From an uncultured Acidobacteriota bacterium (lineage in GTDB: Bacteria > Acidobacteriota > UBA6911): a stretch of 64,000 nucleotides of DNA. The position numbers and the translations under genes are program-made. The stretch spans positions 32,001 to 96,000 of the forward strand of contig CAWHCF010000008.1 in NCBI GenBank assembly GCA_963827655.1, in the 5' to 3' direction. This document shows, in pieces, positions 11,240-20,869 of the stretch (position 1 is its first letter; each line of letters begins with the position of its first letter). The notes beneath the pieces were generated by a model. That model made no database searches. It had not been told where the DNA came from and saw only the letters and a program-made list of their open reading frames with translations.

Positions 11240-12956
11240 AGTCGAGGCCCTCAAATCGCGCAGTCTGGTGGGACAGGTTTTTCTGGAACGCGGCCTGGTA
11301 GACGAGGAGGAGCTTCGCACGGCGCTGAATCTTCAGGCTGAGTCGCGGGAAAAACTGGGGAAGATGCTGGTCGACCTCGGGTACATCTCGGAGCGGGATT
11401 GCCTCGCGGTTTTATCGGACCATCTGAACATCCAGAGTATTTCAGGCGTCGAGTATCCGACCGTTCCCGTGCTGGAGAATGTTCTCACCCACCGGTTCAT
11501 GAAGCAGTGCAAATTCGTTCCCGTCGCGCTCGATGCCAACGTCCTTACCCTGGCCATGACGGATCCGATGGATTACTCCACGCTGGATTCGGTTCGGCAG
11601 GCTACGGGCTTCCAGGTGCGCGCCCTGCTTGGGTCCGAAGGCGAGATCATGGATGTGCTGGAGAGACTCTACGGCGCCGCGGCCACCACCCTGGGCCGGA
11701 TCATCGAGGGAATCGACGAAGGCAACATCGACAGCCTCGCCGACGAGATTGAAGACATCGAGCAACTCAAAGACCTGGCCTCGGAGGCGCCGGTGATCCG
11801 GTTGGTGAACCTTCTGATCTCGAGAGCGATCGAGAGCCGGTCCAGCGACATTCATATCGAGCCTTTTGAAAAAGACTTGAAGGTGCGTTATCGAATCGAC
11901 GGCATCCTTCACGATGTGGAATCGCCGCCGAAGAAACTGAAGGCGGCCGTGATTAGCCGCGTGAAGATCATGTCCAAGCTGAACATCGCCGAGCGGAGGT
12001 TGCCCCAGGATGGCAGGATCAAGCTAAAAGTAATGGGGAAGGATGTCGACCTGCGAGTCTCCACGCTGCCGACGCTGTATGGCGAGAGCGTGGTCATGCG
12101 CATCCTGGACAAGAGCAACAACGACCTTTACGACATCCAGCGGTTGGGGTTTCCTGAAGATTCTCGGCGCGATTTCGAAAGAATGATCCGGCGGCCTCAC
12201 GGAATTCTTCTCGTGACCGGACCGACGGGGAGTGGAAAGACCACCACGCTTTACAGCGCCCTCAACACGATTAATCTGCCGGACAAGAAGATCATCACGA
12301 TCGAGGACCCGATCGAGTATCAAATGGACGGCGTGAATCAGATTTCGGTCAACACCCAGATCGGGCTCTCTTTCGGTAACGGATTGCGCCACATCGTGCG
12401 GCAGGATCCGGACGTCATCATGGTCGGTGAGATTCGCGATCTCGAGACCGCGGAGATTGCCATCCGCGCGGCCTTGACCGGACACCTGGTCTTTTCGACG
12501 CTGCATACCAATGACGCTCCCAGCGCGATAACCCGGCTCATCGACATGGGAGCCGAAGACTACCTGATCGCCTCCTCCCTGCTCGGGGTGCTGGCGCAGC
12601 GCCTGGTCCGCGTGATCTGCCCCCATTGCAAAGAGGAGGTCCATCCGGTCGCCGAGATGCTCGACGAAATTGGCTTTAGAGCGGGGGACGGCCGCAGCGG
12701 CAAGGATCGATTCTTCGAAGGAAGGGGTTGTGAGAAGTGCAGCACCACCGGCTTCGTCAGCCGGGTGGGCATCTACGAACTTATGATCATCAATGATGAG
12801 ATCCGCAAGCTCACGATCGGCAGGGCTGATTCCAATGTTCTGCGCAAGAAGGCCATGGAATCGGGGATGCGGTCGCTTAGAGAAGATGGGTGGCTCAAGG
12901 TCCGAAAGGGGATGACCACACTTTCGGAAGTCTTGCGCGTAACCCAGGACGCTTAG
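11229..12956 (+). CDS. gspE: Type II secretion ATPase GspE
   Basis: SDIHIEP, LPQDG, Walker A GPTGSGKTT, RQDPDVIMVGEIRD, and CPHC...CEKC zinc motif. Confidence 0.95.
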   Translation: MSIRVEALKSRSLVGQVFLERGLVDEEELRTALNLQAESREKLGKMLVDLGYISERDCLAVLSDHLNIQSISGVEYPTVPVLENVLTHRFMKQCKFVPVALDANVLTLAMTDPMDYSTLDSVRQATGFQVRALLGSEGEIMDVLERLYGAAATTLGRIIEGIDEGNIDSLADEIEDIEQLKDLASEAPVIRLVNLLISRAIESRSSDIHIEPFEKDLKVRYRIDGILHDVESPPKKLKAAVISRVKIMSKLNIAERRLPQDGRIKLKVMGKDVDLRVSTLPTLYGESVVMRILDKSNNDLYDIQRLGFPEDSRRDFERMIRRPHGILLVTGPTGSGKTTTLYSALNTINLPDKKIITIEDPIEYQMDGVNQISVNTQIGLSFGNGLRHIVRQDPDVIMVGEIRDLETAEIAIRAALTGHLVFSTLHTNDAPSAITRLIDMGAEDYLIASSLLGVLAQRLVRVICPHCKEEVHPVAEMLDEIGFRAGDGRSGKDRFFEGRGCEKCSTTGFVSRVGIYELMIINDEIRKLTIGRADSNVLRKKAMESGMRSLREDGWLKVRKGMTTLSEVLRVTQDA

Positions 12957-12974
12957 AGATTAAACATAGGAGCG

Positions 12975-13062
12975 CTTAGTGTTTCTTCGTGTCTTCGTGA
13001 CTTTGTGGTTAGAGGTGCGAAACAAATACCACTAGGACACAAAGACACGAAGAAACACCAAG
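12975..13062. repeat. 8-mer palindromic intergenic element, full copy, between gspE and gspF
   Basis: Arms cttagtgtttcttcgtgtcttcgtg and cacaaagacacgaagaaacaccaag are near-perfect reverse complements; loop gttagaggtgcgaaacaaatacc. Confidence 0.9.
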
Positions 13063-13102
13063 AAACAAGAAGTCTGAACCAAACCAGGACGCGAAGAAAC
13101 TT

Positions 13103-14323
13103 ATGCCGGCTTATACCTACCGCGCCAGTACCTCGGAGGGAAAGATCATCGAGGGGACGCTCGAAGCGGCCGACGGCGGAACCGTCGCGGTGAAACTCCA
13201 GGACATGGGTCTGTTGCCGATTCGCGTGGGCGTCGCCTCCAGGAAGGCGGGTCTGAACCGTGAAATCGAGTGGCCCTGGACCCGCAAGCGAGTCCGGCGC
13301 AAGCACCTCCTGGTATTCACGCACGAGCTCCACACGCTGGTCAAGTCGGGGTTCCCCCTGGACCGCAGCCTGGCCGTTCTGGCCCAACTGGCTGAAAGCA
13401 AGACGCTGTCAGAAATCGTTCAGGATGTGTTGAACGAGATCAAGGGAGGGAAGTCGCTCTCCGAAGGCATGGGGAAATACCCCGAAGTTTTCCCCAAGGT
13501 ATACGTCAACATGGTCCGGGCGGGCGAAGTCGGCGGAGTGCTCGAGGAGATCCTGGGCCGCCTTGTGATGTTTCTGGAGACCAGCGAGAACCTGCGTTCT
13601 TACATGATCGGTGCCTTGATCTATCCGGTCTTGCTCGGGGTCGTCGGCCTGGTGAGCGTCACGATTCTTACCCTGTTTGTGGTCCCGAGGTTCGCCGGGA
13701 TCTTCACCGATATGGGACTTCCGCTGCCGCTGCCGATGGCCATTCTGAAGGGGCTGAGCGATTTTCTGATGCAGTATTGGTGGCTCGTGATCACGGTTGT
13801 GGGGGCGCTGGCAATTTACCTGCGCCGCTACAGGTCGACTGTGGAGGGACGCGTCCGCTGGGATCGATGGATGCTGAAACTGCCGCTGCTGGGTCTGGTT
13901 CTGCAGAAGGTTGAAGTGGCGCGGTTTTCGAGAACCCTCGGCACTCTGCTGCACAGCGGTGTTCCCTTGCTGCAGGCCATGACCATCGTGCGGGAAATCA
14001 TCGCCAACCAGGGCATCGCGACCATGATCGAACCTATTCGCAACGGAATCAAGAAGGGAGAAGGCATCTCACAGCCCATGAAGCAGAGCGGAGTCTTTCC
14101 TCCTCTGGCGATGCATCTGGTCGAGGTGGGCGAAGAGTCAGGCAAGCTCGATTCCATGTTGATTCAGGTGGCGGAAGTCTACGACAACGAAGTGCGGAAC
14201 TCGGTCAAGAATCTAATCGCCTTCTTCGAGCCGGCGTTGATCCTGCTTATGGGAATCATCATAGGCACCATTGTGGTATCGATGCTGCTCGCGATTTTCA
14301 GCGTTAACGACGTTCCTCTATGA
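13103..14323 (+). CDS. gspF: Type II secretion platform protein GspF
   Basis: YVNMVRAGEVGG, FVVPRF, VGEESGKL and EPALI; three TM segments. Confidence 0.95.
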   Translation: MPAYTYRASTSEGKIIEGTLEAADGGTVAVKLQDMGLLPIRVGVASRKAGLNREIEWPWTRKRVRRKHLLVFTHELHTLVKSGFPLDRSLAVLAQLAESKTLSEIVQDVLNEIKGGKSLSEGMGKYPEVFPKVYVNMVRAGEVGGVLEEILGRLVMFLETSENLRSYMIGALIYPVLLGVVGLVSVTILTLFVVPRFAGIFTDMGLPLPLPMAILKGLSDFLMQYWWLVITVVGALAIYLRRYRSTVEGRVRWDRWMLKLPLLGLVLQKVEVARFSRTLGTLLHSGVPLLQAMTIVREIIANQGIATMIEPIRNGIKKGEGISQPMKQSGVFPPLAMHLVEVGEESGKLDSMLIQVAEVYDNEVRNSVKNLIAFFEPALILLMGIIIGTIVVSMLLAIFSVNDVPL

Positions 14324-14476
14324 CGGCGGAGACGCGATAGAAGGTGGCGAAGGAAAGGATCAAGGAGGCAACATCTCATGACTACGTTATCAGTCGGAAA
14401 AGACGCTGACTACTTTGCACAATCCTGGCCCGGAACGGTTTGCCTCCGGCCCGGGCGAGCTGGAACGGGAGCAGCC

Positions 14477-14902
14477 GTGGACGACGAAAGCGAGTCCCAA
14501 CGCGGATTCTCGCTGATCGAGTTGATCGTGGTCCTGGTAATCCTGGGACTCCTGGCTGCGGTGGTCGCTCCTCGCGTCTATGACAAGCTGGCGAAAGGGA
14601 AAGAACAGATCGCGCGCATCCAGATCAAGGAAATCGACGGAGCCTTGCAGCTCTTTTCCTTTGACATGGGGCGTTTTCCCAATTCGAGCGAGGGCCTTGA
14701 AGCGCTGGTACGCAATCCAGGGAATATCGAGGCCTGGCGTGGGCCTTATCTGAATAAGGCGGAACTGCCGAAAGATCCCTGGGGCAAGGCTTATATTTAC
14801 CGATCCCCCGGACTTCACGGGGACTACGACCTCTTCTCCTTCGGCCCTGACGGCGTCGAGGGGGGAGACGGCGAGAATTCCGACGTCGCAAATTGGAAGT
14901 AG
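14477..14902 (+). CDS. gspG: Major pseudopilin GspG (the ORF could start at 14378)
   Basis: G|FSLIE prepilin site; WRGPYL, PKDPWG and DYDLFSFGPDG. Confidence 0.95.
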   Translation: MDDESESQRGFSLIELIVVLVILGLLAAVVAPRVYDKLAKGKEQIARIQIKEIDGALQLFSFDMGRFPNSSEGLEALVRNPGNIEAWRGPYLNKAELPKDPWGKAYIYRSPGLHGDYDLFSFGPDGVEGGDGENSDVANWK

Positions 14903-14947
14903 CAGCAGGCGGTAGGCAGAGGGGCGGCAGATGGTAGAGAGGAAGCG

Positions 14948-15475
14948 GTGATGCTGTTTTCAGGCATTCAACCCGAAGATACCAGGGCCGAGACGAGGTT
15001 CTTGCGCGAGCGGGGCTTTTCGCTCCTGGAACTGGTGATGGTTCTGATCGTAATCGCGCTGGTCCTGGCTGTGAGTTATCCCGCGCTCTTGCGGGGCAGC
15101 GCGACGCTGCACCTTCGCGCCTCCGGGCGCGACGTTGTCAGCACCCTGCGACACGCCCGTGAAACGGCCATTACCCAGCAAACCGGCTCCCGAGTCGTAT
15201 TGGACCGGGATGCCCAGAAGGTAACTCTTACCGACGAATTGGGCGATGGAGCGCGAAGCTTCTCACTACCTCGAGACGTGAAGATCCATCGGCTGGCCCT
15301 GGCGGGCGTAGAGATTGCCCAGGGGCCCCTCGTGGTTCGATTCCTCCCTAACGGGAGTTGCGAAGATGCGGAGATCATGCTTCGTTCCGAGACGGGCGCC
15401 ATCCTGACCGTGGTCACGGATCCCATGACCGGAGGGGCTCGGATCGTGACCGACTCAGCCGGAAGGAATCGATGA
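14948..15475 (+). CDS. gspH: Minor pseudopilin GspH
   Basis: G|FSLLE site, RFLPNG motif and position after gspG. Confidence 0.85.
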   Translation: MMLFSGIQPEDTRAETRFLRERGFSLLELVMVLIVIALVLAVSYPALLRGSATLHLRASGRDVVSTLRHARETAITQQTGSRVVLDRDAQKVTLTDELGDGARSFSLPRDVKIHRLALAGVEIAQGPLVVRFLPNGSCEDAEIMLRSETGAILTVVTDPMTGGARIVTDSAGRNR

Positions 15476-15918
15476 GACACAAACGAAAACCCGACGCGTC
15501 CGGCTTCACTCTTCTTGAAGTTCTGGTGGCTTTGGCCGTCCTTGGGATCGGCGTGGCCCTCACGCTTTCGCTCATTACCGGTTCTCTGGGCAATATCCGG
15601 AAAGTCCAGCAGCGAACGCGCAATATGCACTATGCGCAGACCGTTATGGAACTAACCCTGCTGGACGATTCGATTCGGAGGCCGACGGCTCTGCGAGGCG
15701 ACTTTCCTGACGGTACCTTGTGGAGCGCCGAGGTCGCTGATTACGAGATACCGAGAGACCAGCCCCTCAATCCACGGCAGATGCCAATGCCGGTAAAACT
15801 TCTCCTCTATTCGGTGGAAATCAGGTCTCCTGAGTCCCCAACGCCCGATTTCCGCCTGGAAACATTGAAACTGATCAGCGTCCAGGAGCGACGACTGGGG
15901 CCGGGAGCGGCGCGCTAA
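15472..15918 (+). CDS. gspI: Minor pseudopilin GspI
   Basis: G|FTLLEVLVALAV; ATGA overlap with gspH. Confidence 0.85.
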   Translation: MRHKRKPDASGFTLLEVLVALAVLGIGVALTLSLITGSLGNIRKVQQRTRNMHYAQTVMELTLLDDSIRRPTALRGDFPDGTLWSAEVADYEIPRDQPLNPRQMPMPVKLLLYSVEIRSPESPTPDFRLETLKLISVQERRLGPGAAR

Positions 15919-15919
15919 C

Positions 15920-16681
15920 ATGAAACGCGGTCGAAAAACAGATGACGCCGGGTCGAACGAGCGAGGATTCACTCTGCTCGAGATAGTGATCGCCGTCACT
16001 CTTGTCGCCTTGATGGCCGTCGCGCTCTGGTCGGTGTTTCGCATCAGCCTGACTTCCTGGACTCGAGGCTCCGAGTTCATCGATGCTAACCAGCGGCATC
16101 GAAGCGTTCTCGATATGGTAAACAGGCAGATGGCCTCCACATTCGGGCCCATTGCTCCGATCGATCTCCAGACCGGAGGTGCGATCTACCCGATCTTCGT
16201 CGGCAAGAGCGACAGCGTGCAGTTCGTCAGCCTCAGCTCGATCCGTTTCATGGAGAACCCTGGCCTGACCATGGTTTCCTACGACGTCGTCTCCGGCGAC
16301 CAGGGGACGTACTCACTGGTCGAGCGCGAAGAGCAATACCGTGGGCTTGATCCCGGCCGCCAGAGCATATTTGATCGCAACGATGAAATTGTGACGACGA
16401 TCTTCGAGAATCTCGTCAGCTTCTCTTTTGAGTATTTTGATTCGGGTTCGAACCAGCGACCGGCCGGATGGGTCTCGGAATGGAGCGGGCGTGAGGCAGG
16501 TCGCCTGCCGGAGGCGATTTCGATGACCATGATCGCCAGGGATGCCAGCGGCGGCCAGCTGAACCGGCACATGGTGGTGCCGATAATGGCGAGACATGTC
16601 GATCCGCGCCTCGCTTTTGTGAATCCCTTTGACACCAGGCCGAGAAGGTTCAGTGAAGATGATCCGCGCAGCCAAAGATGA
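15920..16681 (+). CDS. gspJ: Minor pseudopilin GspJ
   Basis: G|FTLLEIVIA; C-terminal W...W...LPEAI; operon position. Confidence 0.85.
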   Translation: MKRGRKTDDAGSNERGFTLLEIVIAVTLVALMAVALWSVFRISLTSWTRGSEFIDANQRHRSVLDMVNRQMASTFGPIAPIDLQTGGAIYPIFVGKSDSVQFVSLSSIRFMENPGLTMVSYDVVSGDQGTYSLVEREEQYRGLDPGRQSIFDRNDEIVTTIFENLVSFSFEYFDSGSNQRPAGWVSEWSGREAGRLPEAISMTMIARDASGGQLNRHMVVPIMARHVDPRLAFVNPFDTRPRRFSEDDPRSQR

Positions 16682-17654
16682 TCGGGGCGTAATTCTGATC
16701 GCGCTCCTTTGGATTCTGGTGGCGCTCTCGGTAATTGCCTTGAGCTTCTCGCGCGAGAGTTTTGTCGAGGTGGCCGTGGCGCGTAATGCGCGCGATATGG
16801 GGGATGCTTACTATGTGGCGCGCGCCGGGATTGCCGCGGCGGTTTACCGGCTGTCGGAAAAGAGGTTTGCCACGCCGCCGGTTCAGGGGGTGGAGTTGCC
16901 GGGCGCGCCGGACCCCGTGGAGCTGGGAGAGTTGCAAGGCGATTTCGGTGGCGGGAGCTTCAAGGTTGAGATCCAGGACGAGTCCGGGAAGATCAGTCTG
17001 AATATTGTGGGCGAGGAATACCTGCGCTCGTTGGTCGAGTCGGTGGGAATCGGCAAGCCGGACTCAGACGTTATCGTGGATTCCATCATGGATTGGCGCG
17101 ATGTCGACACGGCCCACCGGATCAACGGAGCAGAGGATGCCTACTACCAGTCGCTCCCTCGCCCTTACAAAACGAAGAATGGACGGATCGAGAGCGTCGA
17201 GGAGCTGCTCCTGGTGCGTGGAGTCACGCGAGACTACTTCTATAGCCACCGGGAGAAGGGAGCGGACGGCGCTGCGGTCAGTCGCTACGGCCTGTCCCGG
17301 TATTTTACCGCGTATTACAACTCCAACCGGATCAACGTCAACTCGGCGCCTCTCCAGGTGCTGATGGCGATTCCCGGGATGCCGCCTCAGGCTGCCGATC
17401 ATATTTACCAGCGACGCAAAACCAAGCCGTACAGGACGCAGGCTGAGATCACGCAGGATGTCGCCGTACCCCTGCCGCCGACTGTCGCTCCTCTTCTCAG
17501 TACCGACACAACCGGCACGTACACGCTTACGGCATCGGCCCATATGCAGGGTTCCAAGGTGCAGCGAGTGATTCGTTGTGTCGTTAACCTCGATCCAAGG
17601 GAGCCAAACTGGTACCGGATACTGTATTGGAACGAGAACATTCCAAATCTCTGA
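16659..17654 (+). CDS. gspK: Minor pseudopilin GspK
   Basis: RG|VILIALLW (no E5), DESGKISLN, IMDWRD and INVNSA. Confidence 0.92.
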   Translation: MIRAAKDDRGVILIALLWILVALSVIALSFSRESFVEVAVARNARDMGDAYYVARAGIAAAVYRLSEKRFATPPVQGVELPGAPDPVELGELQGDFGGGSFKVEIQDESGKISLNIVGEEYLRSLVESVGIGKPDSDVIVDSIMDWRDVDTAHRINGAEDAYYQSLPRPYKTKNGRIESVEELLLVRGVTRDYFYSHREKGADGAAVSRYGLSRYFTAYYNSNRINVNSAPLQVLMAIPGMPPQAADHIYQRRKTKPYRTQAEITQDVAVPLPPTVAPLLSTDTTGTYTLTASAHMQGSKVQRVIRCVVNLDPREPNWYRILYWNENIPNL

Positions 17655-17754
17655 CGGGGCGTAGCATGGGAACAGGAACCTTTTTTCGCTCGGGACGATT
17701 TTCACGCCGGTACGCCGTCCCCCGTTTTCGTACCCAGAACGCAGAGGGCGCTCG

Positions 17755-19146
17755 ATGATCTATCTGAAAACAAGCATCGGTGTCGAGATAAGAGGAAATG
17801 ATCTGCTCCTGTCATGCCTGAGGAGCAACTTCTCTGCCGCCGTATTCACACGCTTTGGGCGCATCCGAGATTTCAAGACGCGGGACAAGGCCGAGGTGCG
17901 CGGTGAGATCGATCAGTTTCTCAAGGGGCAAAAACTCGGTCGCGAAAACATAGTGCTCGGGATTCCACGGCAGGACGCGATCATTCGCCACCTGGATCTC
18001 CCGCGCGAGGTGGCCGACAACCTCAAGCAGGTCGTCCTTTACCAGGTCCAGGCCTTCGAGCCGACCGAAGAAGAAAAATTCTACTTCGACTATGCCTCTC
18101 TGTCCGGCAAGGAGGCGACGAGACTTCTGGTTCTGGTTGTGATGATCCGGAAGTCGGTTCTGGACGGCTATCTCGAGACACTGCGCGAATTCGGCTTGCG
18201 CCCGCTCTCGGTGATGGTCAGTTCGATCGCGTTGGCGAACTTGTTTCTGCAGACGCAAACCGACCCCCGGGGGAAGACCTTCGTCCTGGCCGATATTGCG
18301 CCCGAGGGAATTGAAGTGCTGGCCCTGCGCGACCGCGCGCTGGTGTACTCAAAACGGTCGGTCAAGCAGGAAGGGCAGACTCTGAGGGATACTCTGCGGC
18401 GCGAGGTTGAACTGGCGGCAGGGAAGGTGCGCCTCGGCCCGGAGGATACGATCGAAAAAATTGTCCTGACGGGTGAGGAATCCGAAACCGCGCAGCAGGA
18501 AGTGATTCAGGACCTCGGGGACTGCGAGCTGCTCTCCTCCGGTATCCAATTTGAAATGCCTGATGAACAGTACGCTCACCTGCAGGAAGGGACCACGTCG
18601 CTGGGTTTGGCTTACTCGGGAATCGTCAGGCGCCCGCCCCTGAAGCTGAACCTCTTGCCGGCTGAACTGCAGGTTCAGCAGACGCGCTGGGCCTATGTTC
18701 CTTCGATAATCCTCGGCGCGCTTATCGTAGTGCTGCTGGTCGGTCTGGGTTTTCGGCAGATGATCCAGGAGCAGATTATGGAAAGAAAGATAGATCAGGA
18801 GATCAGTGCTGTTACCGGTCGAGTGAACCAGGTTCAGAAGCTTCAGGCTCAGGCTAAAGCTCTGGAGGATCGAATTACTTATCTCGAGGGGCGCGTACGC
18901 AACCGGGATACAAATCTCGAGCTCCTCCAGGAACTGACCACGATCCTGCCGCAAGACACTTTTCTGAACATGTACACGAATAGAGACTGCACGATTACGA
19001 TCAACGGGGCGAGTTCATCTCCTGACCTTATGGCAAAACTGGAGCGGTCCCCTTTGCTTAAGAACGTCGTGCAGCGCGGCGAGGTTTTCAGGGATGTGCA
19101 GACCGGCAAAGATCGGTTCACTCTCGAAGCCAAGTGCGAGAAGTGA
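17755..19146 (+). CDS. gspL: GspL (PilM/PilN-like) assembly protein
   Basis: N-terminal actin-like domain (SIGVEI), LNLLP motif, TM, coiled coil and PilN-like C-terminus. Confidence 0.8.
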   Translation: MIYLKTSIGVEIRGNDLLLSCLRSNFSAAVFTRFGRIRDFKTRDKAEVRGEIDQFLKGQKLGRENIVLGIPRQDAIIRHLDLPREVADNLKQVVLYQVQAFEPTEEEKFYFDYASLSGKEATRLLVLVVMIRKSVLDGYLETLREFGLRPLSVMVSSIALANLFLQTQTDPRGKTFVLADIAPEGIEVLALRDRALVYSKRSVKQEGQTLRDTLRREVELAAGKVRLGPEDTIEKIVLTGEESETAQQEVIQDLGDCELLSSGIQFEMPDEQYAHLQEGTTSLGLAYSGIVRRPPLKLNLLPAELQVQQTRWAYVPSIILGALIVVLLVGLGFRQMIQEQIMERKIDQEISAVTGRVNQVQKLQAQAKALEDRITYLEGRVRNRDTNLELLQELTTILPQDTFLNMYTNRDCTITINGASSSPDLMAKLERSPLLKNVVQRGEVFRDVQTGKDRFTLEAKCEK

Positions 19147-19149
19147 GCA

Positions 19150-19222
19150 CGATTGACGATTTACGATTGACGATTGACGATTTGAACTCAATCGTCAATC
19201 GTCAATCGTCAATCGTAAATCG
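19150..19222. repeat. 7-mer palindromic element (GATTGAC)n...(GTCAATC)n
   Basis: cgattgacgatttacgattgacgattgacgatt-tgaactc-aatcgtcaatcgtcaatcgtcaatcgtaaatcg, between gspL and gspM. Confidence 0.92.
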
Positions 19223-19238
19223 AAAGAGGGGGTAGGTT

Positions 19239-19826
19239 GTGAAGATTTCGATTCGAGAGAAAAGATTCCTGGCGATCGGCGGCGGCGTGATTTTTCTTAC
19301 GATCTTCTTTTTTATCGCCGATGGCCTCATCCCGAGCGGCACGACGGTGTCCCGGAACCTCGATCACAAGAAGAAGCTCCTTCTCAAATACAGGGAGATA
19401 CTGGGCCAGGAGGCTGCATCCAAGGCGCGCCTGGAGGAGTGCAGACAAAGGCTTCAAGACGCTGAAACGCGCCTGCTGCCGGGCGACAATCCCTCCATTG
19501 TGGGAGCGGAGCTGCAAAAGACGCTGATGGATATCGCGGCCAGAAACCAGGTCGAAATAATGCGAAAGAATATTCAAAAGGAACAAAAGCTGCAGGAAAA
19601 CCTGATCAAAATCTCGGTCCGGGTGGACGTCAACTGCCAACCCGAACATCTGGTGCAGTTCCTGGCCGAGGTCGGCAATTATGACAAACATCTGACGGTC
19701 GACGAACTCATGATCACGAGCTACCGGATCCAGAAAAAGATCGAAATCAGGCCGGCCATCACGGTGTCGGGCTACATCCGGGGTTCGGAAGCGCCGCCGG
19801 CGGACAAGATCGCCAGCGCAAAGTAG
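19239..19826 (+). CDS. gspM: GspM (PilO-like) protein
   Basis: ISIREKRFL followed by a TM, a coiled coil and a ferredoxin-like C-terminus; position after gspL. Confidence 0.8.
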   Translation: MKISIREKRFLAIGGGVIFLTIFFFIADGLIPSGTTVSRNLDHKKKLLLKYREILGQEAASKARLEECRQRLQDAETRLLPGDNPSIVGAELQKTLMDIAARNQVEIMRKNIQKEQKLQENLIKISVRVDVNCQPEHLVQFLAEVGNYDKHLTVDELMITSYRIQKKIEIRPAITVSGYIRGSEAPPADKIASAK

Positions 19827-19891
19827 CAGGAGCCTATGAGATCACCCAGGCGGGAAAAAAAATGGCGGCGCCTCTAATAAGGAATTAGGGT

Positions 19892-20822
19892 ATGACGAAG
19901 AAATGGATCGCTGTGAACCTGGGGCTGCTCATGATCGCCGGACTGGTATCCTGGCGGCTCTACGTTCTAGTTGCGGGTTTCCGGGCGGGTAACGACCCGG
20001 CCAAGATTCAACCGGTCCGCGATTTGAAGCTGCAGGCCAAATTGCCCGGCGGATTGGCGGCGCCCAAGCAGCTCCGCCGCTACAATCCAGCGGAATTCCA
20101 GACCATTCCCAATCAGAACCTGTTTGCCGAGTCGCGTTCCAACCAGCCGCCGGAAGAGCCGGCGGCCGTAGTGCAGGTGGTTCCCGAACTGCGCGCCAAA
20201 CCGATCCTGGTCGGAATCACGGTCGCCGGTGACCTCCGTCTGGCGTCCATTATCGAACCGGGACTCCCGGGGGCGCCGGCGAACGAGTCACGACGCAGCA
20301 AAACCAAGCGGGTCGGGGATGTCTACCAGGGCTATACCATCGTGGATATTACCGAGGACCAGATGATCCTGGAAAACGGCCCGCGGCGTGAAGTGATCCC
20401 TCTGTTCGATTCGACCAAGGCACGCCCTCAGGGAGGCAAGACACCCATAGTGGCCACTCGAGTGGTCAATTTCGGTGGCGGCGGCGGTACCGCACCCGGT
20501 AAGCCAGACCGGACCGGGAGTCGTAACCATGGGCAGTTCCGCACAGCCCCAGGGCCAGCAAGCTCCAGGTCAGCCGGCGACGGTCAATCAGATTTTCGGT
20601 CCTGCACAGGCGGCGCCGCCAGGTGCGCAATCCGGTACGGGGCGAACTGGCGCTCAGACGCAGCCGGGAAGGCAGACGCCGGGAAATACACCCCAGGCAA
20701 CCGCGCCGGCTCAACCACCGCCCGCCTGGAACGAGCGGATCGACGATCAGGGACGGCGAGTGATTCGAACGCCTTTCGGAGACATCATCCGGGACAAACC
20801 TGCTGAAAAACCACCCCAATGA
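19892..20822 (+). CDS. GspC-like protein with Pro/Gln-rich linker (frameshift near 20490)
   Basis: N-terminal TM, NLF motif and HR-domain-like LVG...RVGDVYQGYTIVDI; ORF 20475-20822 supplies the C-terminus; lies between gspM and gspD. Confidence 0.7.
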
Positions 20823-20869
20823 AGAGTGAATCGAGAAGGTCCCAGAACCTTAGAGGGAGTTTACTTGCA

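Noticed and set aside
19150-19222. CRISPR array
   Set aside because: These are 7-nt tandem units in inverted arms, with no unique spacers and no cas genes.
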